Below, piece after piece: positions 10,621 through 19,595 of a DNA stretch of 32,000 bases. Each line of letters starts with the position of its first letter. Positions within the stretch are counted from its first letter, which is position 1. The stretch spans positions 13,986 to 45,985 of the forward strand of contig JADJVQ010000038.1 of NCBI GenBank assembly GCA_016710525.1, given 5' to 3'. A model generated the notes under the pieces. The model was given only the letters and a program-made list of their open reading frames with translations, searched no databases and was not told the DNA's origin. Made by a program: the position numbers and the translations under genes. This stretch comes from Burkholderiaceae bacterium. GTDB lineage: Bacteria > Pseudomonadota > Gammaproteobacteria > Burkholderiales > Burkholderiaceae_E.

Positions 10621-10834
10621 CCGGCTGCAAACCGGCTCTGTGTCCCAGCGCGGCCCGACGAACGGACCGGCGCGAACGATGAAAGCGTTTTACAGACCGA
10701 TCCGCGAAGCGGCTGTGAACAAGTTAACGGAAGGGCTGTCGTCCCACGCCTGCATGGGTTGGATAGACTGTGTCGGCCCCCGCAAGCATCAACTCCGACA
10801 GGCTTCGGGCGGCGCGCGAAGGACCCCGACTGCC

Positions 10835-12520
10835 ATGGCCGACACCCCCACTCCCAATGCCGCCGCTGAAACGCGCCCCCTGCGAACCGCCGCCACCGTG
10901 GTGGTCATGCGCGACTCGCCGTCAGGCATCGAGGTGCTGCTGCTGCGCCGCGCCGAGCGGGGCGACCACAGCAGCGGCGCCTGGGTATTCCCGGGCGGCG
11001 TGCTCGACGCGCAGGATCGCGACTGTGCGGCCTTCTGCGGCACCCTGGACGATGCGGCGGCCAGCGCCTCGATGGGCCTGACCGAAGGCGGCCTGGACTA
11101 CTACGTGGCCGCCATCCGCGAATGCTTCGAAGAGGCCGGCCTGCTGCTGGCCACCGGCGCCGATGGACACCTGCTGAACCTGGCGGGCGATATCGGCGCC
11201 GAGATGGGGCCCTGGCGCTCGCGGCTGCATCGGGGCGACGCCACCATGGCCCAGTTCTGCAGCCACTTCGGCCTGACGCTGGCCACCGACCGCCTCGCCT
11301 ACTTCAGCCGCTGGGTCACTCCGGCGATCCGGGCCAAGCGCTGGGATACCCGGTTCTTCTTTGCGATCGCGCCCACCGAACAGGAATCCGCCCACGACGA
11401 GATCGAACTGGTCGAGCAGCTCTGGCTGACACCGGCCGATGCGATCGCACGCAGCGAATCACTGAAGCTGCTCAATCCCACCCGCTACACGCTCGAAACC
11501 TTGTCCGGGTTCGCCACGACCGCCGAGATGATGGCGCATGCCCGCACGCCGCGAACGGTCGCGCTGCCCATGCCGCGCATCGCCGACGGACCCCAGGGCA
11601 TGCTGCCGGTCAGCGCCGATCAGTTCGCCTGGGCCGAGGTCGGCAAGCTCGATCCGCAAGGCCATGGCACGGCCTCCTATGCCATCGTGCCGGGGCGCGC
11701 GGTGCGCCTGTCCGATCGGGTGATCCGGGTCAGCGCCGACAACAGCGGCATGATGACCGGCCCGGGCACCAACACCTATCTGGTGGGCGGCGGGCCGCGC
11801 AACGAATGGGCGGTCATCGATCCGGGCCCCAGCCTCGCGCCGCACGTCGAGGCCATCCTGAAGGCCGCGCCGGGCCCGATCCGCTGGATCCTGGTCACGC
11901 ACACGCACCAGGACCATTCGCCGGCGGCCAATGAACTGCGCGAGCGCACCGGAGCCCAGGTGCTGGGCCGCATCGCCAACTATCCCCAGAATCAGGATCC
12001 GGCCTTCAAGCCCGATCGCATCCTGGCACACGGCGAGCGCCTCGCCATCGACCAGGACACGACGCTCGCCGTGTTCCACACGCCCGGGCATGCGTCCAAT
12101 CACCTGTGCTACCTGCTCGAACAGGAGCAGATGCTGTTCACCGGCGACCATGTGATGCAGACATCCACGGTCGTCATCGGCCCCCCCGATGGCGACATGG
12201 CCGCCTATCTCGAGTCGCTGCGCGCGCTGCTCAAGGTCGAGCTGAGCTGGTTCGCCCCCGGGCATGGGTTCCTGATGGCGCAGCCGCACAAGGCGCTCGA
12301 AGGCATCGTCGCGCACCGGCTGCGCCGCGAGGCCAAGGTGCTGGAGGCGGTGACCGAACTGGCCGGCGCCGATACCGACGCGCTGCTGGCGCGCGTCTAC
12401 GACGACGTGAAGCCGGGCCTGCATCCGGTCGCGCGTCGCTCGCTGACCGCCCATCTGCAAAAGCTCGTGGCCGACGGACGCGTGCGCCACGACAACGACC
12501 GCTGGAGCGCGGCCGGCTGA
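10835..12520 (+). CDS. Nudix hydrolase - metallo-beta-lactamase fold (LACTB2/glyoxalase II-like) fusion protein
   Basis: N-terminus AATVVVMRDSPSGIEVLLLRRAERGDHSSGAWVFPGGVLD...AIRECFEEAGLLLA (Nudix box-like); C-terminus MTGPGTNTYLVGGG, LVTHTHQDHSPAA, FHTPGHASNHLCYL, LFTGDHVM. Confidence 0.92.
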   Translation: MADTPTPNAAAETRPLRTAATVVVMRDSPSGIEVLLLRRAERGDHSSGAWVFPGGVLDAQDRDCAAFCGTLDDAAASASMGLTEGGLDYYVAAIRECFEEAGLLLATGADGHLLNLAGDIGAEMGPWRSRLHRGDATMAQFCSHFGLTLATDRLAYFSRWVTPAIRAKRWDTRFFFAIAPTEQESAHDEIELVEQLWLTPADAIARSESLKLLNPTRYTLETLSGFATTAEMMAHARTPRTVALPMPRIADGPQGMLPVSADQFAWAEVGKLDPQGHGTASYAIVPGRAVRLSDRVIRVSADNSGMMTGPGTNTYLVGGGPRNEWAVIDPGPSLAPHVEAILKAAPGPIRWILVTHTHQDHSPAANELRERTGAQVLGRIANYPQNQDPAFKPDRILAHGERLAIDQDTTLAVFHTPGHASNHLCYLLEQEQMLFTGDHVMQTSTVVIGPPDGDMAAYLESLRALLKVELSWFAPGHGFLMAQPHKALEGIVAHRLRREAKVLEAVTELAGADTDALLARVYDDVKPGLHPVARRSLTAHLQKLVADGRVRHDNDRWSAAG

Positions 12521-12532
12521 GCCGGGCCGTCG

Positions 12533-12574
12533 CGGTCGGCGATCGGCGGTCGGCGGTCGGCGGTCGGCGGTCGC
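12533..12574. repeat. Six tandem copies of a 7-bp unit (CGGTCGG) between convergent genes
   Basis: cggtcgg cgatcgg cggtcgg cggtcgg cggtcgg cggtcgc, read directly. Confidence 0.95.
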
Positions 12575-12576
12575 GA

Positions 12577-13185
12577 CTACGAAAGCCTTGCCCGCCAGCT
12601 CAGTTCCAGCACACAGGCCGGCGCCCCGGTGGCCTCGCAGGCCGTTTCGATCACTCGGCTCTCGGGGTGCACCAGCGATCTGAACAGGTGCTCGAAGGTG
12701 GCGGCGTAATAGTCGCAAACAGGCACCTGGCTGGCCACGCCGCGGCACAGCGGGTTGCCGGTGATCGTCAGGACCACCGGCTGCCCATAGCGCGCCTCGA
12801 ACCGGCCGCTGCCGGCAAAGGTCCAGGCATGGCGGCCGATCGCCCGCAGCAGCACGCGGGCGGCCAGAGCGGCCGGCATGCGCCGCAGCAGCGCCTGCAA
12901 GAGGCGCGGGATGCGGTTGGCGAGCAGGTACTCGGCCGTGCGCCTGCCGGCGTCGCGAAAGACCCGGCGGGCCGCGCCGGGCCCCAGGTTGGCCCGCACG
13001 CTGCGATGCAGGCGCGCAACCTCGAGCTCATCGACCATGCGCGCGGGCGGTGCGTCGAAGTAGCCGGCCAGCCCGGCCAGCCGGAACAGGTGGCGCGCGC
13101 TCGCTTCGCCCGGGCCCGCGACCAGGGCATGGGCCACCTGGATCAGGGCGTTGGGCCCGATCCGGGCACCCGCCAGCGCGCTCAT
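12577..13185 (-). CDS. bchJ: Bacteriochlorophyll 4-vinyl reductase-type protein (BchJ, V4R domain)
   Basis: Overlaps the bchE stop by ATGA; [27 protein letters not shown]..., ...[40 protein letters not shown] (V4R-like C-terminal Cys-containing motif). Confidence 0.87.
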   Translation of the reverse strand: MSALAGARIGPNALIQVAHALVAGPGEASARHLFRLAGLAGYFDAPPARMVDELEVARLHRSVRANLGPGAARRVFRDAGRRTAEYLLANRIPRLLQALLRRMPAALAARVLLRAIGRHAWTFAGSGRFEARYGQPVVLTITGNPLCRGVASQVPVCDYYAATFEHLFRSLVHPESRVIETACEATGAPACVLELSWRARLS

Positions 13186-14831
13186 CGCACCGGGCCGGTC
13201 GCGTCGACGGCGGTCTCCTCAGCCAGCTGCAGGTCGCCGCCGCCGCAGGCCTTGGCGGCCGCCGCCGCCGCGATCTCTTCGCCTTTTCGGCGGGCAATCT
13301 TGGGTCCATGCATCGTCACCCAGCCGTCGTCGCTGGCGATCGACTCGGTCCCGCTGCCCAGCCGTCGCGACGCATCGAAGCCGAAGTCGACGTTCTTCTT
13401 GGACTGCGGTCCCCAGTAGCCGACCCGCCCGAGGTCATAGAACTTGCGCTGAAACCCGCTCTTCACGAAGGCCTTCAGGCAGCCCAGCATGTAGCTGCGC
13501 TTGGCCTTGTCGCGGATCCACGGGTATTCCAGGAAGGTCTTGCGCATGTAGAACCGGCGGTAGTTGTTCATCACCCGGTCCAGCAGCTCGCTGCGGTCCA
13601 TCGCATCGGGCTTGATGATCGGCGTGACGAAGTTGTACTTGTCGAAGTCGAAGATCTCGACCTTGTCGCCCAGCTCGCGGAACAGATCCGAGAACGGCCA
13701 CGGCGTGTACATCGCCCAGTTGGCCATGTCGGGCTTCCAGTCCATCGCCATCTTGTAGGTTTCTTCGAGGGTCTCGGCGGTTTCGTTCTCGAGCCCGACG
13801 ATGAACTGCGCCTCGGCCACGATGCCGGCATTGCGCAGCAGCGTGATCGCCTTCTTGTTCTGGGCGATCGTGGTCTCCTTGTTGAACCGGTCCAGCTTGA
13901 GCTGCGCGGCGGCCTCGGTGCCCAGCGACACGTGGATCAGCCCGGCCTTGCGGAACAACGGCAGCAGGGCCTCGTCGCGCAGGATGTCGGTCACGCGGGT
14001 GTTGATGCCCCAGAGCACCGGCAGCTTGCGCTCGATCAGCTCCTCGCAGAAGGCGATGAATTTCTTGCGGTGGATCGTCGGCTCTTCGTCGGCCAGGATG
14101 AAAAAGCCCACCTGGTGGTCGCGCACCAGCGATTCGATCTCGTCGACCACCTTCTTGGGATCGCGCACCCGGTAATCGCGCCAGAACTTCCACTGGCTGC
14201 AGAAGCTGCAGGTGAAGGGGCAGCCCCGCGCGAAATTGGGGATGGCCACGCGCACCCCCATCGGGATGTACTGGTAATGGGCCCATTCCAGGATGCCCCA
14301 GTTGGGCTTGATCTTGTCCAGGTCTTCGATCGGCGGTTCGGCCGGCGTGGCCACCACCGTGTCATCGGCCAGATAGGCAATGCCGCGCACCTGCGAACGG
14401 TCGGCGGCCCAGCGGCCCTCGTCGATCGCCCTGACCAGGTTCAGGAAGACCTGTTCGCCCTCGCCGCGCACGACCACGTCGATCCATGGCGCCTCCTTGA
14501 GCACCTGCGGATACATGAACGTGCCATGGATGCCGCCCAGCACCGTCACCGCGTTCGGCGCCACTTCCTTGGCGATCTTCAGCAGGTTCTCGGCCGTGTA
14601 GATGGCCGGCGTGATGGCGGTGGCGCCGATGATGTCCGGGCCGAAGGCGACGATACGCTCGCGCACCTGGTCGTCGCTCAGATGGTGGGTCATCGCATCG
14701 ACGAAGAGCACCTCGGAGTACCCGCCCGCCTTCAGGTACCCGGTCAGGTACGCAACCCAGGCCGGAGGCCAGTTGCCGGCGATTTCAGCGCCCCCGGAGT
14801 GGTAGTTCGGGTGGATCAGCAGAATGCGCAT
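13182..14831 (-). CDS. bchE: Anaerobic Mg-protoporphyrin IX monomethyl ester oxidative cyclase (B12-dependent radical SAM, BchE)
   Basis: [48 protein letters not shown] (BchE N-terminus); radical SAM cluster [30 protein letters not shown]. Confidence 0.96.
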   Translation of the reverse strand: MRILLIHPNYHSGGAEIAGNWPPAWVAYLTGYLKAGGYSEVLFVDAMTHHLSDDQVRERIVAFGPDIIGATAITPAIYTAENLLKIAKEVAPNAVTVLGGIHGTFMYPQVLKEAPWIDVVVRGEGEQVFLNLVRAIDEGRWAADRSQVRGIAYLADDTVVATPAEPPIEDLDKIKPNWGILEWAHYQYIPMGVRVAIPNFARGCPFTCSFCSQWKFWRDYRVRDPKKVVDEIESLVRDHQVGFFILADEEPTIHRKKFIAFCEELIERKLPVLWGINTRVTDILRDEALLPLFRKAGLIHVSLGTEAAAQLKLDRFNKETTIAQNKKAITLLRNAGIVAEAQFIVGLENETAETLEETYKMAMDWKPDMANWAMYTPWPFSDLFRELGDKVEIFDFDKYNFVTPIIKPDAMDRSELLDRVMNNYRRFYMRKTFLEYPWIRDKAKRSYMLGCLKAFVKSGFQRKFYDLGRVGYWGPQSKKNVDFGFDASRRLGSGTESIASDDGWVTMHGPKIARRKGEEIAAAAAAKACGGGDLQLAEETAVDATGPVR

Positions 14832-14884
14832 CGTTTGCCCCCGGTGTATCTGTTTGTTGTGTCCAGTTATCGTTACTCACGACA

Positions 14885-14902
14885 TGTCACTTTGCATTGA
14901 CA
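14885..14902. promoter_or_regulatory. PpsR/CrtJ-type operator TGT-N12-ACA upstream of bchE
   Basis: TGTCACTTTGCATTGACA: exact TGT-N12-ACA with extended dyad TGTCA-N8-TGACA, 54 bp upstream of the bchE start codon. Confidence 0.7.
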
Positions 14903-15030
14903 TTTGTCGATCCAAGTTCCGACACCGGCAGGCTCGCCCGCCTTGCGCCACAATCCGCGATCGCCGTCCGCCCGGCCGCGGGTACTGCCGGGGCGGGCAG
15001 TTTCGTCCCGCACCCTTTCCTGGAGCTTCG

Positions 15031-16026
15031 ATGACCCGTCCCCTGGTGCTGCTGACCAATCCGATCGAGCCGCTCGAGCGGCTCCGCCTGGCCGAACACT
15101 GCGAGGTGATCGAGTTGGCCGCTGTCGACGCCGCCAGCGTGCTGGCGGGGGCTCGCGAGGCGCAGGCGATCATCGTCCGTGCGAACCTTCCCGAGGACAT
15201 CTTCGAACGCTGTCCGGGCGTGCTGGCCGCGGTGCGCCACGGCGCCGGCACCGACATGATTCCGGTGGAGCGGGCCACGGCAGCCGGCGTGATGGTCGCC
15301 AATGCGCCGGGCGCCAATGCGGTGACGGTGGCCGAGTACGCGGCCAGCCAGATGCTGCAGCTGTCGCGGCAGCTCGCCCGGATCGACCGGACCTTGCGCG
15401 AACAGGACTGGGCGCGCGCGCGGCTGATCTCCGATGGCGGCAGCGACCTGGCCGGACGCACGCTCGGGGTGATCGGTACCGGTGCGATCGGCAGTGCGCT
15501 GGGGCGCATTGCCGGGTTGGGCCTGTCGATGAACGTGCTCGGCCACCGCCGCAGTCCCGGCGCCCTGCCCGAGCCGATGCAGCGGGCCGGCCTGGAAGAA
15601 CTGCTGGAGCGCTCCGACTACGTCGCGCTGACCTGCCCGCTGACCGAACAGACGCGGGGTCTGATCGGCGCGGCGCAACTGGCGCGCATGAAGCCCGGTG
15701 CACGCCTGATCAATGTGTCACGGGGGCCGGTCGTCGACCAGGCTGCACTGGTCGAGGCGCTGCGCCGCGGCCATCTGGGCGGCGCGGCGCTCGATGTGTT
15801 CGAGACCCAGCCGCTGCCGGCGGACTCGCCGCTCTGGCACTTTCCCAACGTGCTGCTGTCGCCGCACATGGCGGGCATCACCGCCGACAGCATGCGCCGG
15901 ATGAGCCGCATGGTGGTCGACCAGACCCTGGAGATGCTGGCAGGACGTCCGCCCCGCCACTTCGTCAACCCCCTGGTCTGGCCGGACCGGCGGCCCAATC
16001 CGTTCGCGGCGCCGGGACCGGCCTGA
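15031..16026 (+). CDS. D-isomer-specific 2-hydroxyacid dehydrogenase (NAD-binding)
   Basis: LAGRTLGVIGTGAIGSALGRI, LTCPLTEQTRGLIGAAQLARMKPGARLINVSRGPVVDQAALVEALRRGHLGGAALDVFE. Confidence 0.95.
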   Translation: MTRPLVLLTNPIEPLERLRLAEHCEVIELAAVDAASVLAGAREAQAIIVRANLPEDIFERCPGVLAAVRHGAGTDMIPVERATAAGVMVANAPGANAVTVAEYAASQMLQLSRQLARIDRTLREQDWARARLISDGGSDLAGRTLGVIGTGAIGSALGRIAGLGLSMNVLGHRRSPGALPEPMQRAGLEELLERSDYVALTCPLTEQTRGLIGAAQLARMKPGARLINVSRGPVVDQAALVEALRRGHLGGAALDVFETQPLPADSPLWHFPNVLLSPHMAGITADSMRRMSRMVVDQTLEMLAGRPPRHFVNPLVWPDRRPNPFAAPGPA

Positions 16027-16914
16027 TCAGGCCGCGGCGCTGCCCGAGCCCACCGGCAGGGCCTGCACGCATTCGGGACGGCCCGACCATTCCCAGGCCA
16101 GGCTGGTTCGGGACACGCCGAGCAGCAGGCCGTGCAGGTTCTTGGGATGGACCCACAGGCCTTCGCGTTCGGAGGCGATATCGCCACTGCGCGGGGTCAG
16201 GGTGGCCCCCGCGTCGAGCATGCGCGCCTTCAGGCCGTCGAAATCGTGGGTCTCGAGGTAGCACATGTACAGCGAGTCGCCGCCGCGCCGCTCGACGAAG
16301 CGGCGCATCGCGCCGGGCCGGTCGGCGAAGGTCTGGGAGAGTTCGATGCGATCCAGGCGCGCCGGCGGATCGAACAGCGTGAGCGTGCCCTCGTAGCCGA
16401 AGCGCTTGCTGGAAATCGGCGAGAACCGGCTGGCATCGAGCTTGAACATCGTCGCGTAACGCTGCGCCACCACCTGCCAGTCGGTGTCCAGGGTGTTGGT
16501 CGCCTCGTAGAAAAAGCTGACCGGACCGATCCGCGGCCGCTCGACGAGCGGCGAGATCACCATCGGAAACCCGAAGGTGCTGGTGCCCGGCAGGTGCAGG
16601 CGGCCATCCTCGCGCGCCAGCGGCACGCCGAGCTCATCCAGATGGGCGGCCAGCGCATCGAAGCGTGACGAGGCATACCCGGCCGCCAGCAGGCCTTCGC
16701 CCCAGCGGTCGATGAATTCCTGCACCGGCCCGGGACCGGCCGGTTCGCACAATTCGAGTTCGCTCTCGCCCAGGCGCATCACGAGGCGGTGGGCATTCAG
16801 GCAGGCGCTGCGGCTGTCGCGATCGGGCTGCGCGCCGAGCATCGAGGCGAAGGTGGCGGCGGCAAGGTTGCGGCTGCGAACCGCGATCAGCATTCGGTCG
16901 ACACGATCGAGCAT
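16027..16914 (-). CDS. VOC/glyoxalase-like domain protein
   Basis: MLDRVDRMLIAVRSRNLAAATFASMLGAQPDRD...; ends SLYMCYLETHDFDGLKARMLDAGATLTPRS...LWVHPKNLHGLLLGVSR; glyoxalase-type repeats. Confidence 0.75.
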   Translation of the reverse strand: MLDRVDRMLIAVRSRNLAAATFASMLGAQPDRDSRSACLNAHRLVMRLGESELELCEPAGPGPVQEFIDRWGEGLLAAGYASSRFDALAAHLDELGVPLAREDGRLHLPGTSTFGFPMVISPLVERPRIGPVSFFYEATNTLDTDWQVVAQRYATMFKLDASRFSPISSKRFGYEGTLTLFDPPARLDRIELSQTFADRPGAMRRFVERRGGDSLYMCYLETHDFDGLKARMLDAGATLTPRSGDIASEREGLWVHPKNLHGLLLGVSRTSLAWEWSGRPECVQALPVGSGSAAA

Positions 16915-16952
16915 GGCGGATCTCCGGAAAAGACAGTGAAATGCTCCTGCCC

Positions 16953-17924
16953 TCAGGGCAGGAGGTCGGACGAAGGCAGGCCGTCGCGCAGCAGCGAGGC
17001 CAGATCGGCATCGGCACCCAGCCCCAGCGCAGCGGCCCGATCGAAGGTGCAGGCCAGTGGCCAGGCACCGAACTGGGCGACGAGCCCGGGCGCCGGTGCG
17101 TCGGCGAACCGGACGCGCGCCGGCGCGCGGGCGTCCGATTGCGCCAGCGCCGCCACGATCTGCGCCACGCTGACGGCCAGCGCCGGCGCATTGACGGTGC
17201 GCACCGCGCCGATCGCCTCGCCAGGAAGATCGCCGAGGCGCAGCAGATTGTCGATCACCCGCGGCAGCGAACACAGCCAGGTGGTCGCCTGCGGGCCAAC
17301 CGGACAGGTGTAGGACCGGCCGGCCAGCGGCTCGCGGATGAGATCGCTGTTGAATCCCGACAGCGCGCCATTGGGCAGCGGCGGGCGCACCACCACGCCG
17401 GGCAGGCGCAGCGCGCGCCCGTCGATGAAACCGCGGCGCGTGTAGTCGTCGATCAGCAGTTCGATCACCCGCTTGTGTGCGCCGTAGCTCAGGGTCGGCA
17501 AGGCCGGCGTGTGATCGTCGATGCGCGCCGGCAGGGGCACACCGAACACCGCAATCGAGCTGGCGTAGACGAAGCGCACCCGCGGCCCGCCCGCCTGCGC
17601 CTGACGCCGGCAGCACTCGAGCAGGGCGAGCGTGGCTTCGAGATTGACCCGAAGACCGGCCTCGAAATCGGATTCCGCGGCACCGCTGACGATGCCGGCC
17701 AGATGAAAAAGGCGACCGACCGGGCGCGCGAACAGGCGCTGCTGGTGGCTCGCATCGGCCACGTTCCCGGCCAGGCTGCCCGGCCCGTCGATGACCTGGT
17801 CGGTGAGCAGCAGGCCGTCGGGTCCCAGGCGCGGATCGGCCCGCAGGGCCCGGGCCAGGGCGCGGCCGATGAAGCCGGCCGCTCCGGTGATTAGCACAAG
17901 GGTATCGGGCGCTGCCAGGCTCAT
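16953..17924 (-). CDS. denD: NAD-dependent epimerase/dehydratase, D-erythronate dehydrogenase-like
   Basis: LVLITGAAGFIGRALARAL...RLFHLAGIVSGAAESDFEAGLRVNLEATLALLE...FVYASSIAVFG...LPTLSYGAHKRVIELLIDDYTRRGFIDGRALRLPGVVVRP. Confidence 0.75.
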   Translation of the reverse strand: MSLAAPDTLVLITGAAGFIGRALARALRADPRLGPDGLLLTDQVIDGPGSLAGNVADASHQQRLFARPVGRLFHLAGIVSGAAESDFEAGLRVNLEATLALLECCRRQAQAGGPRVRFVYASSIAVFGVPLPARIDDHTPALPTLSYGAHKRVIELLIDDYTRRGFIDGRALRLPGVVVRPPLPNGALSGFNSDLIREPLAGRSYTCPVGPQATTWLCSLPRVIDNLLRLGDLPGEAIGAVRTVNAPALAVSVAQIVAALAQSDARAPARVRFADAPAPGLVAQFGAWPLACTFDRAAALGLGADADLASLLRDGLPSSDLLP

Positions 17925-17936
17925 GTCCGGGCGTCT

Positions 17937-19124
17937 TTACGCACGCGAGGCAGAGCGGCCTCGGCCATCCGGCAGGCCCCAGGCGATGATCACGCCCAGC
18001 ACGTTGCCGGCAGCGGCGATCAGCACCGCGGTGCCGTACCCCTGCGTGCGATCGTAGAGCCATCCGGCCAGCACCGGCAGACTGACCGCGGCGATGCACC
18101 AGGCGATGTACAGCTGACTGGCCACGCGGCCGAACGAGTTCTTGTGCCAGTACTGGGCGATCGCACCAGCGGTGGTGCCGGAGATGAAACCGTAGCCCAT
18201 GCCGATCATCGTCAGCGCGGGAATGGCCACCCAGGGACCCGGCCACACGCTGAGCAGGATTGCCCCGGCCAGCGAAAACAGGTGCGCGAACACCGCCACG
18301 CGCGGCACCGCGAACCGGTCGACCATCCAGCCGCCGCCGATGCGCGCCGCGGCGATCGCACCGGTGATGAAGGTGGTCGCGCCGAGGGCCAGCATCGTCT
18401 GGCCGCCATAGGCCTGCACGATGCCGGCGGCCTGGCTCATCACCGTGAGGCCGGCCGCGGCGGCCAGGAAAAAGACCGAAAACAGGCGGGCGAAGATTGC
18501 CCAGCGGGGATTGTCGTCGACCGCCACGCCCGGCGTGCTGTCCTGCATGCGGATATCGGCCAGGCGCAGCAGCGCGGCGCTCAGCAGCGAGGCGCCCAGC
18601 ACCGTGGCCGCCAGCCCCGCCAGCGTGGGACGAAGTCCGTAGGCCACGATCGCCCAGCCGAACAGCGGCGCGCCGATCATCGCCCCCAGCGGGTACAGGC
18701 CGATCACATAGCCGTTGACCAGCCCGGTTTTGGTCTGCACGGTCTGGTTGACCCCCTGCTGCACGACGATGAAGGCCACGCCTCCACCCAGCCCGAACAG
18801 CAGCCCGTAGCCCACCATCAGCTCGAACAGACCGCTGGCGCGGGCCGTCAGCGCCAGTCCGACCGCGCTGAACGCGCCGGCCATTGCGATCAGCGTAAAC
18901 GGCGACAGGCGGCGGAACAGAAACGGCGCGAGGTTCATGCCCGCCGTCAGGCTGCAGGCGGCCAGCCCGAAGATCAGGGTCATGTCGGCACGGCTGATGC
19001 CCAGCATGGACTCCATCGGCTTCAGGAAAACACTGAATGCGTAGATGGTCCCGAACGGCAGGTTGATGGCGGTCGCGGCCGCGATCGCGGCAGCCGAACG
19101 CTGACCCGGCGTGAGGGCGCTCAA
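17937..19124 (-). CDS. MFS transporter (OFA-like)
   Basis: Hydrophobic 12-TM-like protein; INLPFGTIYAFSVFLKPMESMLGISRADMTLIFGLA; VNGYVIGLYPLGAMIGAPLFGW. Confidence 0.85.
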   Translation of the reverse strand: MSALTPGQRSAAAIAAATAINLPFGTIYAFSVFLKPMESMLGISRADMTLIFGLAACSLTAGMNLAPFLFRRLSPFTLIAMAGAFSAVGLALTARASGLFELMVGYGLLFGLGGGVAFIVVQQGVNQTVQTKTGLVNGYVIGLYPLGAMIGAPLFGWAIVAYGLRPTLAGLAATVLGASLLSAALLRLADIRMQDSTPGVAVDDNPRWAIFARLFSVFFLAAAAGLTVMSQAAGIVQAYGGQTMLALGATTFITGAIAAARIGGGWMVDRFAVPRVAVFAHLFSLAGAILLSVWPGPWVAIPALTMIGMGYGFISGTTAGAIAQYWHKNSFGRVASQLYIAWCIAAVSLPVLAGWLYDRTQGYGTAVLIAAAGNVLGVIIAWGLPDGRGRSASRA

Positions 19125-19232
19125 GCGGAGTAGGGGCGCGACGGCATCGCCCGATTATCGTCGATGTGCCGCATACGCGGACGGATCGGGCGGCCGGATC
19201 GAAACAGCCCGCCTCACGGCGGGCCCTTCGGC

Positions 19233-19526
19233 TTATTCGGGCTGGATGCCCGCGTCCTTGATGCTGCGGCCCCACTGGCCATGCTGTTCGACAGCGAACT
19301 TCCTGAACTCCTCGACCGTGGACGGGAACGGCTCCAGCCCCAGGCCCATCATCCGCTCGCGGATCGCCGGCGTGGCCAGCACCTTGTTGACCGCCGCATT
19401 GAGCGTATTGACGATGGCCGGCGCGATCAGGCCGCCACACACGGCAAAGTTGTAACCTGGCACGGTCTCGCCCACGGGCGGCAGATCGGGCAGCAGCGCG
19501 AATACGGCTTTGCGCAACAACTTCAT
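19233..19526 (-). pseudogene. Miniature Bug/TctC-family protein: signal-peptide start joined to the C-terminal domain
   Basis: CAGGAGACACACATG then MKLLRKAVFALLPDLPPVGETVPGYNFAVCGGLIAPAIVNTLNAAVNKVLATPAIRERMMGLGLEPFPSTVEEFRKFAVEQHGQWGRSIKDAGIQPE (97 aa). Full-length family members are about 320 aa. Confidence 0.75.
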
Positions 19527-19595
19527 GTGTGTCTCCTGAGAGGGTCGCTCGCCGGGTCGCCACGATGGCGCCCGTTGAATCGCCCCGTAGTCTAC

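Noticed and set aside
10621-10834. A second tandem riboswitch or structured RNA between the aptamer and the Nudix-MBL start
   Set aside because: Only a weak CCGG...CCGG inverted repeat is present and no further GEMM consensus blocks; more likely promoter and leader DNA.
12533-12574. Possible CRISPR-like repeat
   Set aside because: The unit is only 7 bp with no spacers, and no cas genes are nearby; it is a simple tandem repeat.
14832-15030. Possible cobalamin riboswitch upstream of the B12-dependent BchE
   Set aside because: No B12-box-like conserved sequence could be found in the 200-bp region; the only clear signals are the PpsR and FNR-like dyads.
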